Origin: Okamejei kenojei
Lineage: Eukaryota
Direction of reading: 5' to 3'
NCBI GenBank assembly: GCA_035221665.1
Contig: CM069138.1
Span: 23,002,001 to 23,066,000 of the forward strand
DNA: 64,000 nt
Positions 1 to 10,735 of this stretch are shown piece by piece (position 1 is the stretch's first letter; every line of letters begins with the position of its first letter). The notes below the pieces were generated by a model that saw only the letters and a list, made by a program, of their open reading frames with translations, searched no databases and was not told where the DNA came from. Made by a program: the position numbers and the translations under genes.

Positions 1-523
1 ATATGGTAGATTGGCCAGACCGAAGCCACTCCTCAGTAAAAGACACATGACAGCTCGCTTGGAGTTTGCCAAAAGGCATGAGAAACAAGATTCTCTGGTC
101 CGATGAAACCAAGATTGAACTCTTTGGCCTGAATGCCAAGCGTCATGTCTGGAGGAAACCAGGCACTGCTCATCACCTGCCCAATACCATACCTACTGTG
201 AAGCATGGTGGTGGCAGCATCATGCTGTGGAGATGTTTTTCAGCTGCTGGAACTGGGTGAATAGTCAGGATTGTAGAAAAGATGAATGGAACAAAGTACA
301 GAGATATCCTTGATGAAAACCTGCTCCAGAGCTTCTGGACATCAGACTGGAGCGGAGGTTTAACTTCCAACAGGACAACAACCCTAAGCACACACCTTGA
401 GTGGCCCAGCCAGAGTCCGGACATGAACCCGATCGAACATTTCTGGAGGGACCTGAAAATAGCTGTGCATTGACACATCGTGGAAAAAGTGAAGGGTTCT
501 GAATACTTTCTGAATGCACTGTA
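1..523 (+). mobile_element. Tc1-family DNA transposon, degenerate 3' part with right TIR
   Basis: Peptides [25 protein letters not shown] and WPSQSPDMNPIEHFW are Tc1 transposase motifs, broken by stops and a deletion. The element ends ...GAATACTTTCTGAATGCACTG followed by TA. Confidence 0.9.
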
Positions 524-1135
524 TGTTTCTATGTTCTATGTTTCTATAGAGAACCCATTAAAATCGAAAACACTTCAGTAAGACCCCACTTTCTCCTCCC
601 AAAGAAGGCAACTTAAATCTTGTGACTTCTCCTGAAAAAAATTAACCCTGCTTCACCCTGACTGTAATTAAGGTAAGAATGAGGTTGAGTTCTTGCTTAG
701 TGACAGATGCCCTCTTACTGATATCATAGTGACCGATCTCTGAAGGATGTGGTCAGGGAATACGAGTTTCATCTTGATCACTATTGTCCAATTCCCAACA
801 ATTCATGGAACAGCTTTTGTTGGAAATGTCAGAGACAATATCTGAAACCAAGGTGGGATAATGAATTAGAAATTGACTTGCTCTGGATCCTTTCACCCGG
901 ATTAAATACTCAGTGTTACCAGGATTACAAGGATGCATTTTCATAGCCAGATAATCCGACTCCATGATGGGTGTTAATTTAATCTCTGAACCAAACATGT
1001 AGTCAGACTGAACTCCTGTAGGCCCATCTCCAGGCTTATCGTTCCTGTCTGAATCCTCACCATTACTGATATCACATGGTTCAGATGCGCCATTGTCAAC
1101 AGTTACTGGAACGTACCTCAGAGATGACCATAGAT

Positions 1136-1159
1136 CTACAGAGTGGGTCTTTGCAAATT
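1136..1159 (-). CDS. Ig receptor gene, terminal coding exon (NLQRPTL*)
   Basis: Acceptor ttctttgttttctactag|AATTTG; phase-0 entry inherited from upstream exons gives NLQRPTL then TAG. Confidence 0.55.
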   Translation of the reverse strand, partial: NLQRPTL

Positions 1160-1249
1160 CTAGTAGAAAACAAAGAAATGTTAGAAACAGCAGCTTAGCA
1201 ACTCGTGCTCAGCGAAACGCTTCAACGTCTTAAATGTAACTTTTCTTAC

Positions 1250-1291
1250 CATGGAGATGGCGTTTGGATCTGCCTGGCGACCTCCTGATTT
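1250..1291 (-). CDS. Ig receptor gene, cytoplasmic exon 2 (KSGGRQADPNAISM)
   Basis: 42-nt exon bounded by gtgttgtgttgtag| and |gtaaga, open in phase 0, with a 90-nt intron to the last exon. Confidence 0.6.
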
Positions 1292-1845
1292 CTACAACAC
1301 AACACAATCGAACAGTTACTGTGGTCAAAAAGCTTGCTTCAGAATTCACTGCAGTCACCATGGCCACTTGTGTTATTGAAAACTATAAAGTCAGGTGTCA
1401 AGTGCGCAGAAGGAAGTGGAGATTGTTGTCAAGTTAAGCAAAATATTGCTGTCACTGCAAATAATTGACAGAAAATCAGGAAGATGAAAGGAACAGAATG
1501 CTGGGCATTTCTCACAAACCCCATTGGCAGGGGGTGTAAAGCAGCCTGAGAACAGACTTTGTCTTCCCATCTCTGAAACTCCCAGTCAGTCTGTGGTCGG
1601 GCAACTGAAGGGAGAGAGGAAATAAATCAGAGCAGAGGGTCTGAAGGATTGTAGCAGGAATCCTGGAAGCTCCCTTCATTGTTCAAGAGAACAAGTGGTG
1701 AATATGTTCAGTGATGATGAGAGATGCTGGAACTACACTCATAAGAAAAATATAATGTTTCCACACACTGGAAACGACTGCAATCTCTAATCTGGGACAC
1801 ACACTCCATGTCACGCAGGAGTCAGCAGTTTCAGCGGAGCCTTCT

Positions 1846-2070
1846 GCAAAGACCGCTCCCTCCGCAACTCCCTCGTCAATTCTTCCTTTCCCTCCCACTC
1901 CACCCCTTCTCCTGGGCCTCCTCCACGGCCAGAGTGAGCAACACCGCAAATTGGAGGAACAGCACCTCATGTTCTGCATCCTCTTGGCATGAACATTGAA
2001 TTCTCTCAATTCTGTTAACCCTTGCTGTCTCCGCCCCTTCCCACAGCACTCGGGCTCCTCCTTCTCATTT
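1846..2070 (+). mobile_element. Penelope-like element remnant (GIY-YIG C-terminal part)
   Basis: Encodes RKLEEQHLMF and MNIEF; near-duplicate of 2470-2690. Confidence 0.6.
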
Positions 2071-2379
2071 ATCATCAAAGTCATGGGGAGAGATTTTTGA
2101 AAGAATTCTGAAACCATATTAATCAAGAACCTGCCTTTACTGTGGTTAAACACTCCAATTAGTTTGAAGTGAACGTTATCAGACAACAGTTGAAGTAATT
2201 GTGCTAATGGTGGAGCTGATGGGCAAATGTTTGGCCAGAGCGGATGGTTCTGAGCAGACAAAAGCAGGAGAGATCCAGAGGTTGAACTCCTCTCAGGTTA
2301 AACAGCTGAAGCTGAACCTTCAGTGGAGCTTTTTCGTTCAGGTTCGTGACCCAACTCACAGAACTACCTGAATTTTTAA

Positions 2380-2820
2380 TACAACACATAGTCCTCTGCC
2401 AGTTTCGCCACCTCCAACGTGACCCCACCATTCGCCACATCTTTCCATCGCCCCCCCGTCTACCTTCCGCAAAGACCGCTCCCTCCGCAACTCCCTTGTC
2501 AATTCTTCCTTTCCCTCCCGCTCCACCCCTCCTCCTGGGCCTCCTCCACGGCCGGAGTGAGCAACACCACAAATTGGAGGAACAGCACCTCATATTCTGC
2601 ATCCTCTTGGCATGAACATTGAATTCTCTCAATTCTGTTAACCCTTGCTGTCTCCGCCCCTTCCCACAGCCCTCGGGCTCCTCCTCCTCATTTTTCCTTT
2701 CTTCCCCCCGCCTCCCCCCACCAGTCTGAAGAAGGGTTTTCGGCCCAAAACATTGCCCATCTCCTTCGCTCCATAGATGCTGCTGCACCCGCTGAGTTTC
2801 TCCAGCATTTTGTGTACCCT
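2380..2820 (+). mobile_element. Penelope-like non-autonomous remnant
   Basis: HIVLCQFRHLQRDPTIRHIFPSPP and KLEEQHLIF peptides, followed by a CTGAAGAAGGG...AAAC tail typical of this repeat class. Confidence 0.6.
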
Positions 2821-3189
2821 GAATTTTTAACATGCTGTGTAAAAATATTATATAAATCATACCTGAAACTCATCAAGAACAAAACCTGCACATTTTGTTT
2901 AAATATGACCAAAACTTTCAATTTTCTGAGTAGTAATTGACCAATCAATGCACGTTTGACATTGAGGTCGGACGCAAATTGACCAATCCCGTTGTTTTAT
3001 GGTCACTAGGCATCAAGGACTCTGGGATCATGGCTGCCTCCTCATTACATCAATAGCAATAACAAGGTTTCCAAGGATAAATGTAATGCTAACCTTGTTG
3101 ATAATTTTGTTTTTCAATTGATTTATTTATATAAAGTTTGGATGTGAACTGTTAAATAAAAATTATAAATAACAAATGTACAGCTAGGA

Positions 3190-3470
3190 TTAGGGTTAGG
3201 GTTAGGGTCAGGGTCAGGGTCATGGTTTGGGTCAGGGTCAGTCAATCGGTCTGTCGGTAGGCCGATGGATGCTGTGGAGGATCGGTTGAGCTGTCGGTAC
3301 GGCTAGTGCATGCTGCGAATGGTCGGTTGGGCTGTCGGCCCACTAGTGGATGCTGTGAGGGGTCGGTCGGGCAGTTGGTAGGCCGGTGACTGCTGCGAAA
3401 GTTCGGTCGAACAGTTGGTAGGCCGGTGAGTGCTGCAAGGGATCGGTCAGGATGTCGGCCGGCCGGTATT
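3190..3470 (+). repeat. Interstitial telomere-like (TTAGGG/TCAGGG)n followed by a degenerate ~39-bp GC-rich tandem repeat
   Basis: ttagggttagggttagggtcagggtcagggtc at about 3190-3240, then repeated ggtcggttgggctgtcggtaggccg-like units. Confidence 0.7.
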
Positions 3471-4235
3471 GCAGCGAGCGAGCATGCAGACTGACGGAGC
3501 CGGCGCTATGGGGGTGCTGAAGACGGCTCCGGCAGCTTGCAAGGCAGTGCTGCTCCCCACCATCATCACCATGATGATCCAGAAGGGCATGCTGGCCGAG
3601 GTGGACTGGCTGAGCGGCCACACGTACAGAGCCTGCAGCCGGTCCCAAAGCGGCTGCAGCTCCAGCAGTGGGCAGCTCTGGAAGGGGGGAAAGTTAGGGT
3701 TAAGGTTAGGCATTTTCCGCTCAGTGGAAGATGCCTTAGCCTTCCCCTACCCTGGCACTGCCCCAGTCCCACTATGGCCGTGACCCCCTCTCTGCACACT
3801 GGCAGTCAGTGGGGTTCAGTAAACGGGGGAACCCAGAAGAACTGTCCTCACCCATTAATTAGGCATGTTCAGGAGCCGGACCTCTGTGGCACATAGATGG
3901 TATAATAATATATAGTTTAAATAGACTGCATCACGGAAATAGGCTCCCCATGGTGTAATATCGGTATCGAACACTAGATGGAGCTTACTTTTTTTATCTC
4001 ATTTTCCTATTAGTTTAATTAATTAATGTGCAACGTTTGGCACTGACGAGTGACGTGTAGTTTTGAGCATGGGTCACGAAAGTTGATTTCTAGACTCATT
4101 TTTGATGCTCGGCCCACAGCCTACAATGATCCACAAAGCTAGTGGAGTAAATTCCTGATGGGAAGCTAATGGCACACCATCAGGGAGAGGGATCCCACAC
4201 AGGTCTGCTTATCCCAGAACACCATCAGAACTCAC

Positions 4236-4309
4236 CGGAACATTTCTTGAAACGGAAATGTTTTCATAAACTGCTCCTGCGGTCTGGTCATCAGCCGCTC
4301 CGCACTGGG
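4236..4309 (-). CDS. Ig receptor gene, cytoplasmic exon 1 (SQCGAADDQTAGAVYENISVSRNVP)
   Basis: Acceptor tttttctctatttcacag|, donor CCG|gtgagt; 74 nt, phase 1 to 0, in frame with the TM exon; carries a Tyr motif. Confidence 0.75.
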
Positions 4310-4475
4310 CTGTGAAATAGAGAAAAAGGTCTCACAAAGAGCAGCCTCAGAGCTGTGAATCCCACTTTGCTGTCCCACAGCATATGACGGCTCCTTGACA
4401 ATCGGAACCAGCCCTCCCGATTTCACTAACTCCACACAGCGATTGGATCAGACTGAATGATTTAGTTACACATAC

Positions 4476-4607
4476 AGGACTGGTGGCTTCCAGAAGCTCT
4501 GCGTCTGATGAGGCAAACGGTTCCAGTAACAGCAAGAACTCCCAGCACCAAAGGTAGAATGATCCAGGCAAGGTACACCACAACATGATTCTCATTCGTT
4601 TGAGAAA
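4476..4607 (-). CDS. Ig receptor gene, transmembrane exon (SQTNENHVVVYLAWIILPLVLGVLAVTGTVCLIRRRASGSHQS)
   Basis: Acceptor gatttctttgcag|, donor |gtatgt; 132 nt, phase 1-1; about 25 hydrophobic residues followed by an RRR stop-transfer signal. Confidence 0.8.
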
Positions 4608-5149
4608 CTGCAAAGAAATCACATCATTGGGTAAACATCAGGGAAAAGTAATGTCAGTGCAGAAGGAAGTCACTTGGCCTATTGTTCTGTGCCAGCTCTT
4701 TGAAAGAGTAGTCCACTCATCATAACCCACTTATTACCCAGTCCTGCAATAGGTTCTCACTGGAATTTATCCTATTCCTGGTGGAATGTTGCTATTCAAC
4801 CCGCATCCACCAGCTGACCTTACTGGTCACTGAAAAAAGCGCAGTTCCCAGAGGCACCCTGTTCCTTCAACCTTCATTGACCATTCTGATATAAATGCAC
4901 TGTGATAAAGGAAGGAAGGGGAGTGTTCACAAGCCAGTGAGTTTACCTGGCCAGTTATTGGAATACATCCTAATGAACCAAATAAGCATGAATTTAGAAA
5001 TCATTAAATGTCAGCAAGCTTGAATTGGGTCCCATTGTAACAGTGTAGAGGTGACACAGAGAGGTCAGGGTAGCAGTGGAGTGGGATTATAGTGGTGACA
5101 AGGAAACTCCTGTAGATGGAGTGGAAATACTCCACAAAGCATTCACTCC

Positions 5150-5390
5150 ATCTGTGCAGAAAGGAACTACAGATGCTGGTTTATTCTGAAGACAGTAACT
5201 CAGTGGGTCAGGCAGTATCTCTGGATAAAAAGGATGGGTGATGTTTCGGGTTATAACCCATGTTTACACCCTGCACTGTTACATTGTCTGAAAAACGTTT
5301 CTGACCTGAAACGTCACCCATCTTTTTCACCAGAAATGCTGCCTGACCCCCTGAGTTACTCCGGCACTTTGTGTCAACTATGTTTAATTT
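5150..5390. repeat. Inverted pair of Penelope-like tail sequences
   Basis: About 5197-5252 is the imperfect reverse complement of about 5304-5357. Confidence 0.55.
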
Positions 5391-6069
5391 CCTCCGTGTG
5401 GAAGAGACCACGTGGAGAACACCAAATGCAGTACATCCGTTTGGAAAAAGTGCAAGTCATTCACTGCTTAACCTGGAAAGGCTAATTGTGTCCCTGGACG
5501 GTGGGAAGAGAAGAGGTGAAAAGTCAGGTATTGCTTCTCCTGTGTTTTTGCATCGAGACACGCCGTATGAGTGCGAGTGGTTGGTGGGGACGGACGAGGT
5601 GGTGATGGGATTTTAATGGATCTGGTGAAAAATGCAAAAAATGATCGGATGAATATGGCAGGTTCCTGGGTGGAAGGTAAGGAGCAGGGGAACTATATTC
5701 TTATCCACTCCTGGAAAGACAAAGAGTGAGAGCATAGATGTGGGAAAATCAATAAGATGTGATCAAGGACTCTGTCCACTCCAGTAGAGGAGAAGTCAAT
5801 GTTCAGGAAGAAGGAAGACATTTCAGTGGCACCTCTTAGGGTAACTTATTGTTTATTCCCATCATCATTTTTGGCTCAGTTTGTCCTGCTAGATGTGTCC
5901 TTGAGCACACTATTAACAACCCATCTCACAGCCAAGGAAGCATAATATGCTTACACGTCATCACATTGAATTCAATCAGAGATATTTCCTTTGTACTACC
6001 CAATCCTTCCTTCTCACAGAATTGTTTTAATTCGGTTTTTCTTTCTCCACAGATGCTGCCTGGCCTTCT

Positions 6070-6185
6070 GCTGGTCACAGGGAGAACATATGAACTCCGT
6101 ACAGACAGCACCCCTGGCCAGGATTGAACATGGGTCTCTGGCTCTATAATGCAGCAACTCTACCGCTGCGCCACTGTGCCACCCC
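6070..6185 (-). mobile_element. tRNA-derived V-SINE (HE1-like) 5' part
   Basis: Reverse complement reads gggtggcacagtggcgcagcggtagagttgctgc...; homologous to 60800-61130. Confidence 0.65.
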
Positions 6186-6579
6186 ATTGACCATAAATCT
6201 GTATATTTCAAAATGGTTACGTAAAATGACAGAGATAGATTGGAATAGGGGGCTTACAATGGGGGAGGGCCAATTTCACGACATTAAGTCAGGACCTGGC
6301 AAATGCAGACTGTGAAAATGTTCTTACCTGCAAGTCAAAATCTGCACAGTGGGAAGCATTCGAAGGAGAAAAAACAAGAACTCAAGGTCAACATATTTGT
6401 GTAAGGGTGAATGTCAAGAGTAACAAGAATAGGGCACTCAGGATGCAGAGGGTTGGATAAAGAGAAAATAGGAAGCATATGGTTAACGGGGCCGGCAAGT
6501 GGGAGCGCAGCGGGCTCGAGCAGTAAAAGGAAAATGTAAGTGGTAGTAAATGTAAGACAATAGTGGTAAGTGGTAGTAA

Positions 6580-7160
6580 ATGTAAGACAATAGGTGCAGG
6601 AGTAGACCATTTGGCCCTTCAAGCCAGCACCGCTATTCAATGTGATCATGGCTGATCATCACCAATCAGTACCCCGTTCCTGCCTTCTCCCTATATCCCC
6701 TGACTCCGCTATTTTTAAGAGCCCCATCTAGCTCTCTCTTGAACGTATCCAGAGAACCTGCCTTCACCGCCCACTGAGGCAGAGAATTCCACAGACTCAC
6801 CACTCTCTGTGAGAAAAAGTGTTTCCTCTCTCTCCGTTCTAACTGGGTTACTCCTTATTCTTAAACTGTGGCCCCTGGTTCTGGACTCCCCCAACATCGG
6901 GAACATGTTTCCTGCCTCTAGAATGTCCAAACCCTTAACAATCTTATTTATTCCAATCCCGGGAATTAACCTTGTAAACCTACGCTGCACTCCCTCAATA
7001 GCAAGAATGTCCTTCCGCAAATTAGGGGACCAAAACCACACACAATACTCCATGTGTGGTCTCACTTGGGCTCTGTACAACTGCAGAAGGACCTCTTTGC
7101 TCCTATATTCGATTCCTCTTGTAATAAAGGCCAACATGCCATTTGCTTTCTTCACTGCCT
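6580..7160 (-). mobile_element. CR1 LINE 3' fragment
   Basis: AVKKANGMLAFI...LYRAQVRPHMEYCVWFWSP, RTRGHSLR, and CR1 3' UTR. Confidence 0.9.
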
Positions 7161-8074
7161 GCAGTATTGCAAGGCAGTGAAGCCAAGGCGGGCGATGTAA
7201 TACCCCACGAACGGGCCAATTCAAGCCCCACGATTTGAGGCAGACGAAGCTGCTGTTGCTGAAGTTTGGAGTCGGTCACCAACCAGGTCAGGTCCCGATA
7301 TTATCGTCCACAGGGCCCATGGCTGAACCCTCCGAAGCCTCGCGCATGTGTGCTTTAGTGCGGCCACGAAGACATTGTGTGTGTCCCATGTTTTGATAGA
7401 TACATACATACAACTAAACAAACAACCAAACAAACAAATATACACACATACAAGACAAGAGCTTTAGTACTATAGACCAAGCATGGACCTGTTGGGTCCC
7501 CATTCCCCAAAGCAATATTCCACCACTCACCCATAGCCCACAACTGCACATGTGTGGCTGATGGGTTCCCGTTGTAATGACAGAGATCCCTGTTGTGACG
7601 CGAGTCACGGTAACCCTCCCCAACTGCACAGGCATGGCTGGCAAGTGGGAGCGCAAATGCCATGTTCATTAAAGTCTAAAATGTCAATAATTTTAAAAAT
7701 ATAACATTAATCTGAATGAAACTTGCTGCTGCACACGAAACGACAATGGTGAGTAAGGTGGTCCTAACAGTTTTGCGCTGTCATGTGCCGTTTTTGCTGT
7801 ATTTTGGGAACAATTATGGGTACAAACAAATAAACAAGATGAGAGTTTTAGTAATAGACTAGACTATGTGGGACCCATTGGGTCCCATGTTCACATGGGA
7901 GGGATGGTCCCCCAATGCAATATTCCACCTCTCTATCAATTCAAATATTGGTGGCCAATGAGGGAGATTTCTGGAGCACTGGTCTGGGTTCTTGGGGTGG
8001 TAGCCAAGCCCCTCAAGCCTTATGTGCTGGTGGCTCACTCACGGCTGGTGGGCTGGCAGTTGACTCATGGCTAT

Positions 8075-8420
8075 TCCTTGAAATTCCATTTCAAGCAGGG
8101 TGCAAGGCCACCAAATTCAAATCCATTTTCCTACCACTTCAAGTAGAGTGTAAGGCCGCTGAATCAAGTGCAGTTTCATACCACTTTCAGCAGGGTGCAC
8201 GGCCACCGAATTCAAGTGCAGTTTCCAACCACTTCAAGCAGGGTGCAAGGCCACCAAATTCAAGTGCAGTTTCATACAATTTCAAGCAGGGTGCATGTCC
8301 ACCAAATTCAAATGCAGCTTTCATACCTTTTCATGCAGGGTGCAACGCCACCACATTCAAATGCAGTTTCATACCATATCATGCAGGGTGCAAGGCCACC
8401 ACATTCAAATGCACTTTCTT
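8075..8420 (+). repeat. ~45-bp minisatellite (caaggccaccaaattcaagtgcagtttcataccacttcaagcagggtg)
   Basis: About 7-8 imperfect units; continues briefly after the Gypsy insertion at 10051. Confidence 0.85.
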
Positions 8421-8422
8421 GC

Positions 8423-10050
8423 TGTAGATTGATGTTGCATGTTAACCAATCACACACCAGCCAGCATCTCTAACTCCACCCCACTCTAATACTTATACTA
8501 ACTCTATTTCCCAGCACCGTTAGTTAGAGCAGCCAGGATGTATTGGCAACTAATCATCCTTTATGCTGTTAAGTTTTAGTGCTGATTAAAGATGTGTTTG
8601 AATCATGTACTGAGTCTAGAAGTCATTTACATGGTGTCAGAAGTGGGATGCATACCCACGCCTCCAATTGGAGACCAGAACTTGAGTCTGGACCGCGGGA
8701 CCACGTAGCCTCCTGCCCCGCTTGCAACAGCCTTGCGCCTCATCAGCAGCAACAGCCCCTTCTGCAACAACCTCCACCAGCTCTGCCCTGGGCGTCGCTG
8801 GTGGCAGATATTTTTGAATGGTGCAGGAAGCACTACCTCGTTCTAGACAACTCGTTTTCTAATTGGTTTGAACTGGACCAACTGACATCCCTCACATCGG
8901 AGATGGTCATCCAGAAGCTGAAAAGACACTTCTCTACCTTTGGCGCTCCCGTCAGCCTGAGAACCGACAATGGTCAGCAGTTCACCAGCCACATGTTCAA
9001 GCTTTTCGCAGACCGATGGAACTTCCAGCACGTCACGAGCAGTCCTGAGTATCCACAGAATAATGGACACGCTGAAAGTGCTGTCAGAAGTGCCAAACAC
9101 TTACTGGAGCGAGCACAGATTTCAAAGTCAGATGTTTATCTTGATCTCCTGAATCTCATATATGTTGCCAGGGACGGAACCCTGGGATCGCCAACACAGC
9201 GACTGATGTCGAGATTGACGAGGCCTCCGGTACCCATCGCACAACAGCAACTGGTTCATCAGGTGCTGAAGCCCACCACTATCCAGAAACATCTACAAGA
9301 GAAGAACGATATCCAGAAACAGTCATATGACCGTTCCAGCAGACCACTCAAGTCTCTACTTCCAGGTCAGGTCGTCCGCCTACGAACTTCAACTGGACAT
9401 TCCCGTCTGGGCACTGTTATCAACCCGACTGACGAGCCACGGTCGTATCTGGTTGACTGTGAGGGAGTGATATACCGGAGAAGTCTACAACACATGCTTC
9501 CTGTGAGGGAGCCGCGACCACCGCCTGCTAGTCCCTATGCTCCACCGCTCCATTTCCAGCAACCTTTTGCAATGTCTCCCACCCGTCCCCGCATGCCTTG
9601 CACCCCTCCATGTCCCGCAGTCTCCACTAACCACGGGGCCTCACCCACCGCACGTTTCCCCTTTCGGTCACCACAAGCCTCCACCACGTCATTCTCGCCT
9701 CCAGGCACTCCGCCTCATTCAGGTGAGGGGGGGGAGGGTATGGTCCACACGCGCTCGGGCCGTGTTAGTAGACCACCAGACAGATATGGTGAGTATGTTT
9801 AACCCCATGGCATGAGTGCCCCTTCACACATAACCATTGGGGGGGGAAGGATGCAGATTGATGTTGCATGTTAACCAATCACACACCAGCCAGCATCTCT
9901 AACTCCACCCCACTGTAATACTTATACAAGCTCTACTCCCCAGCACCATTAGTTAGAGTAGCCAGGATGTATTGACAACTAATCATCCTTTATGCTGTTG
10001 AGTTTTAGTGCTGATTAAAGATCATGTACTGAGTCTAAAAGTCATTTACA
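8423..10050 (+). mobile_element. Internally deleted Gypsy LTR retrotransposon (LTR-PBS-integrase-PPT-LTR)
   Basis: TG...CA direct repeats 8423-8631 and 9852-10050; PBS TGGTGTCAGAAGTGGGAT (tRNA-Leu-like) at 8632-8649; purine tract GGGGGGGGAAGGA before the 3' LTR. Confidence 0.9.
8648..9802 (+). CDS. Gypsy integrase ORF (384 aa from the ATG at the PBS)
   Basis: CPAC half zinc finger; LVADIF, RTDNG and NGHAE with D-35-E spacing; C-terminal TRSGRVSRPP motif; no stop or frameshift. Confidence 0.8.
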   Translation: MHTHASNWRPELESGPRDHVASCPACNSLAPHQQQQPLLQQPPPALPWASLVADIFEWCRKHYLVLDNSFSNWFELDQLTSLTSEMVIQKLKRHFSTFGAPVSLRTDNGQQFTSHMFKLFADRWNFQHVTSSPEYPQNNGHAESAVRSAKHLLERAQISKSDVYLDLLNLIYVARDGTLGSPTQRLMSRLTRPPVPIAQQQLVHQVLKPTTIQKHLQEKNDIQKQSYDRSSRPLKSLLPGQVVRLRTSTGHSRLGTVINPTDEPRSYLVDCEGVIYRRSLQHMLPVREPRPPPASPYAPPLHFQQPFAMSPTRPRMPCTPPCPAVSTNHGASPTARFPFRSPQASTTSFSPPGTPPHSGEGGEGMVHTRSGRVSRPPDRYGEYV

Positions 10051-10199
10051 CATACCATTTCAAGCAGGGTGAAACCACCATAAAACCAAACAAAACACCA
10101 AACTAACAGTTCAGTAGACATACAGTGTGTTCAGTTGCTTCACAGCTCAGTCAGAGACGTGACCTCTCCCTCCCCCATCATACAGAGACTGAGCCATCA

Positions 10200-10735
10200 T
10201 GCCTATTAACTTCAAGCCAAAGCACCCAAGCCACCATTTGCAGTTGTTCCTTTTCACTTCAACCCAAAGCACCCAAGCCACCATTTGCTGTAGTACCTTT
10301 AAATTCAAGCCAAAGCACCCAAGCCACCATTTGTTGCGGTGCCTTTTAACGTCAAGCCATTGCACCCATGCCACCATTTATTTGCAGCACTGCCTTTTAC
10401 CTTCAAACCAAAGCACCCACCACCATTTGCAGTGGTGTCTTTTAACTTCAAGCCAATGCACCCAAGCCACCATTTGCAGCACTGCCTTTTAATTTCAAGC
10501 CAAAGCACCCACCATAATTTGCAGTAGTGCCTATTAACTTCAAGCCAAAACACCCAAGCCACCCTTCGCAGTAGTGCATTCTAACTTCCAGCAAAACACC
10601 CAAGCCACTATTTGTAGTAGTGCCTTTTAACTTCAGTCCAAAGCACCCAATCCGCCATTTGCAGTAGTGCCTTTTGACTTCAGCCCAAAGCACCCAAGCC
10701 ACCATTTGCAGTAGTGCCTTTTAACTTCAGTCCAG
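10200..10735 (+). repeat. ~45-bp minisatellite (aagcacccaagccaccatttgcagtagtgccttttaacttcaagcca)
   Basis: About 12 imperfect units; accounts for the overlapping spurious ORFs here. Confidence 0.9.

Noticed and set aside
1683-2860. 192-aa and 218-aa minus-strand ORFs
   Set aside because: Antisense readings of duplicated Penelope-like remnants.
4476-4607. NKp30 (NCR3) or CD8 assignment
   Set aside because: No charged TM residue, no hinge or CxC/CxH motif, and multiple V domains; no gene symbol given.
6328-6360. Possible stalk micro-exon with strong donor CAG|gtaaga and an upstream pyrimidine tract
   Set aside because: The available AG gives 14 nt (wrong phase); a 33-nt version lacks AG and contains TGA. 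Unresolved, so not called.
8075-10735. CRISPR-like arrays or repetitive proteins
   Set aside because: Degenerate 45-bp minisatellites without unique spacers in eukaryotic DNA; the ORFs over them are by-products.
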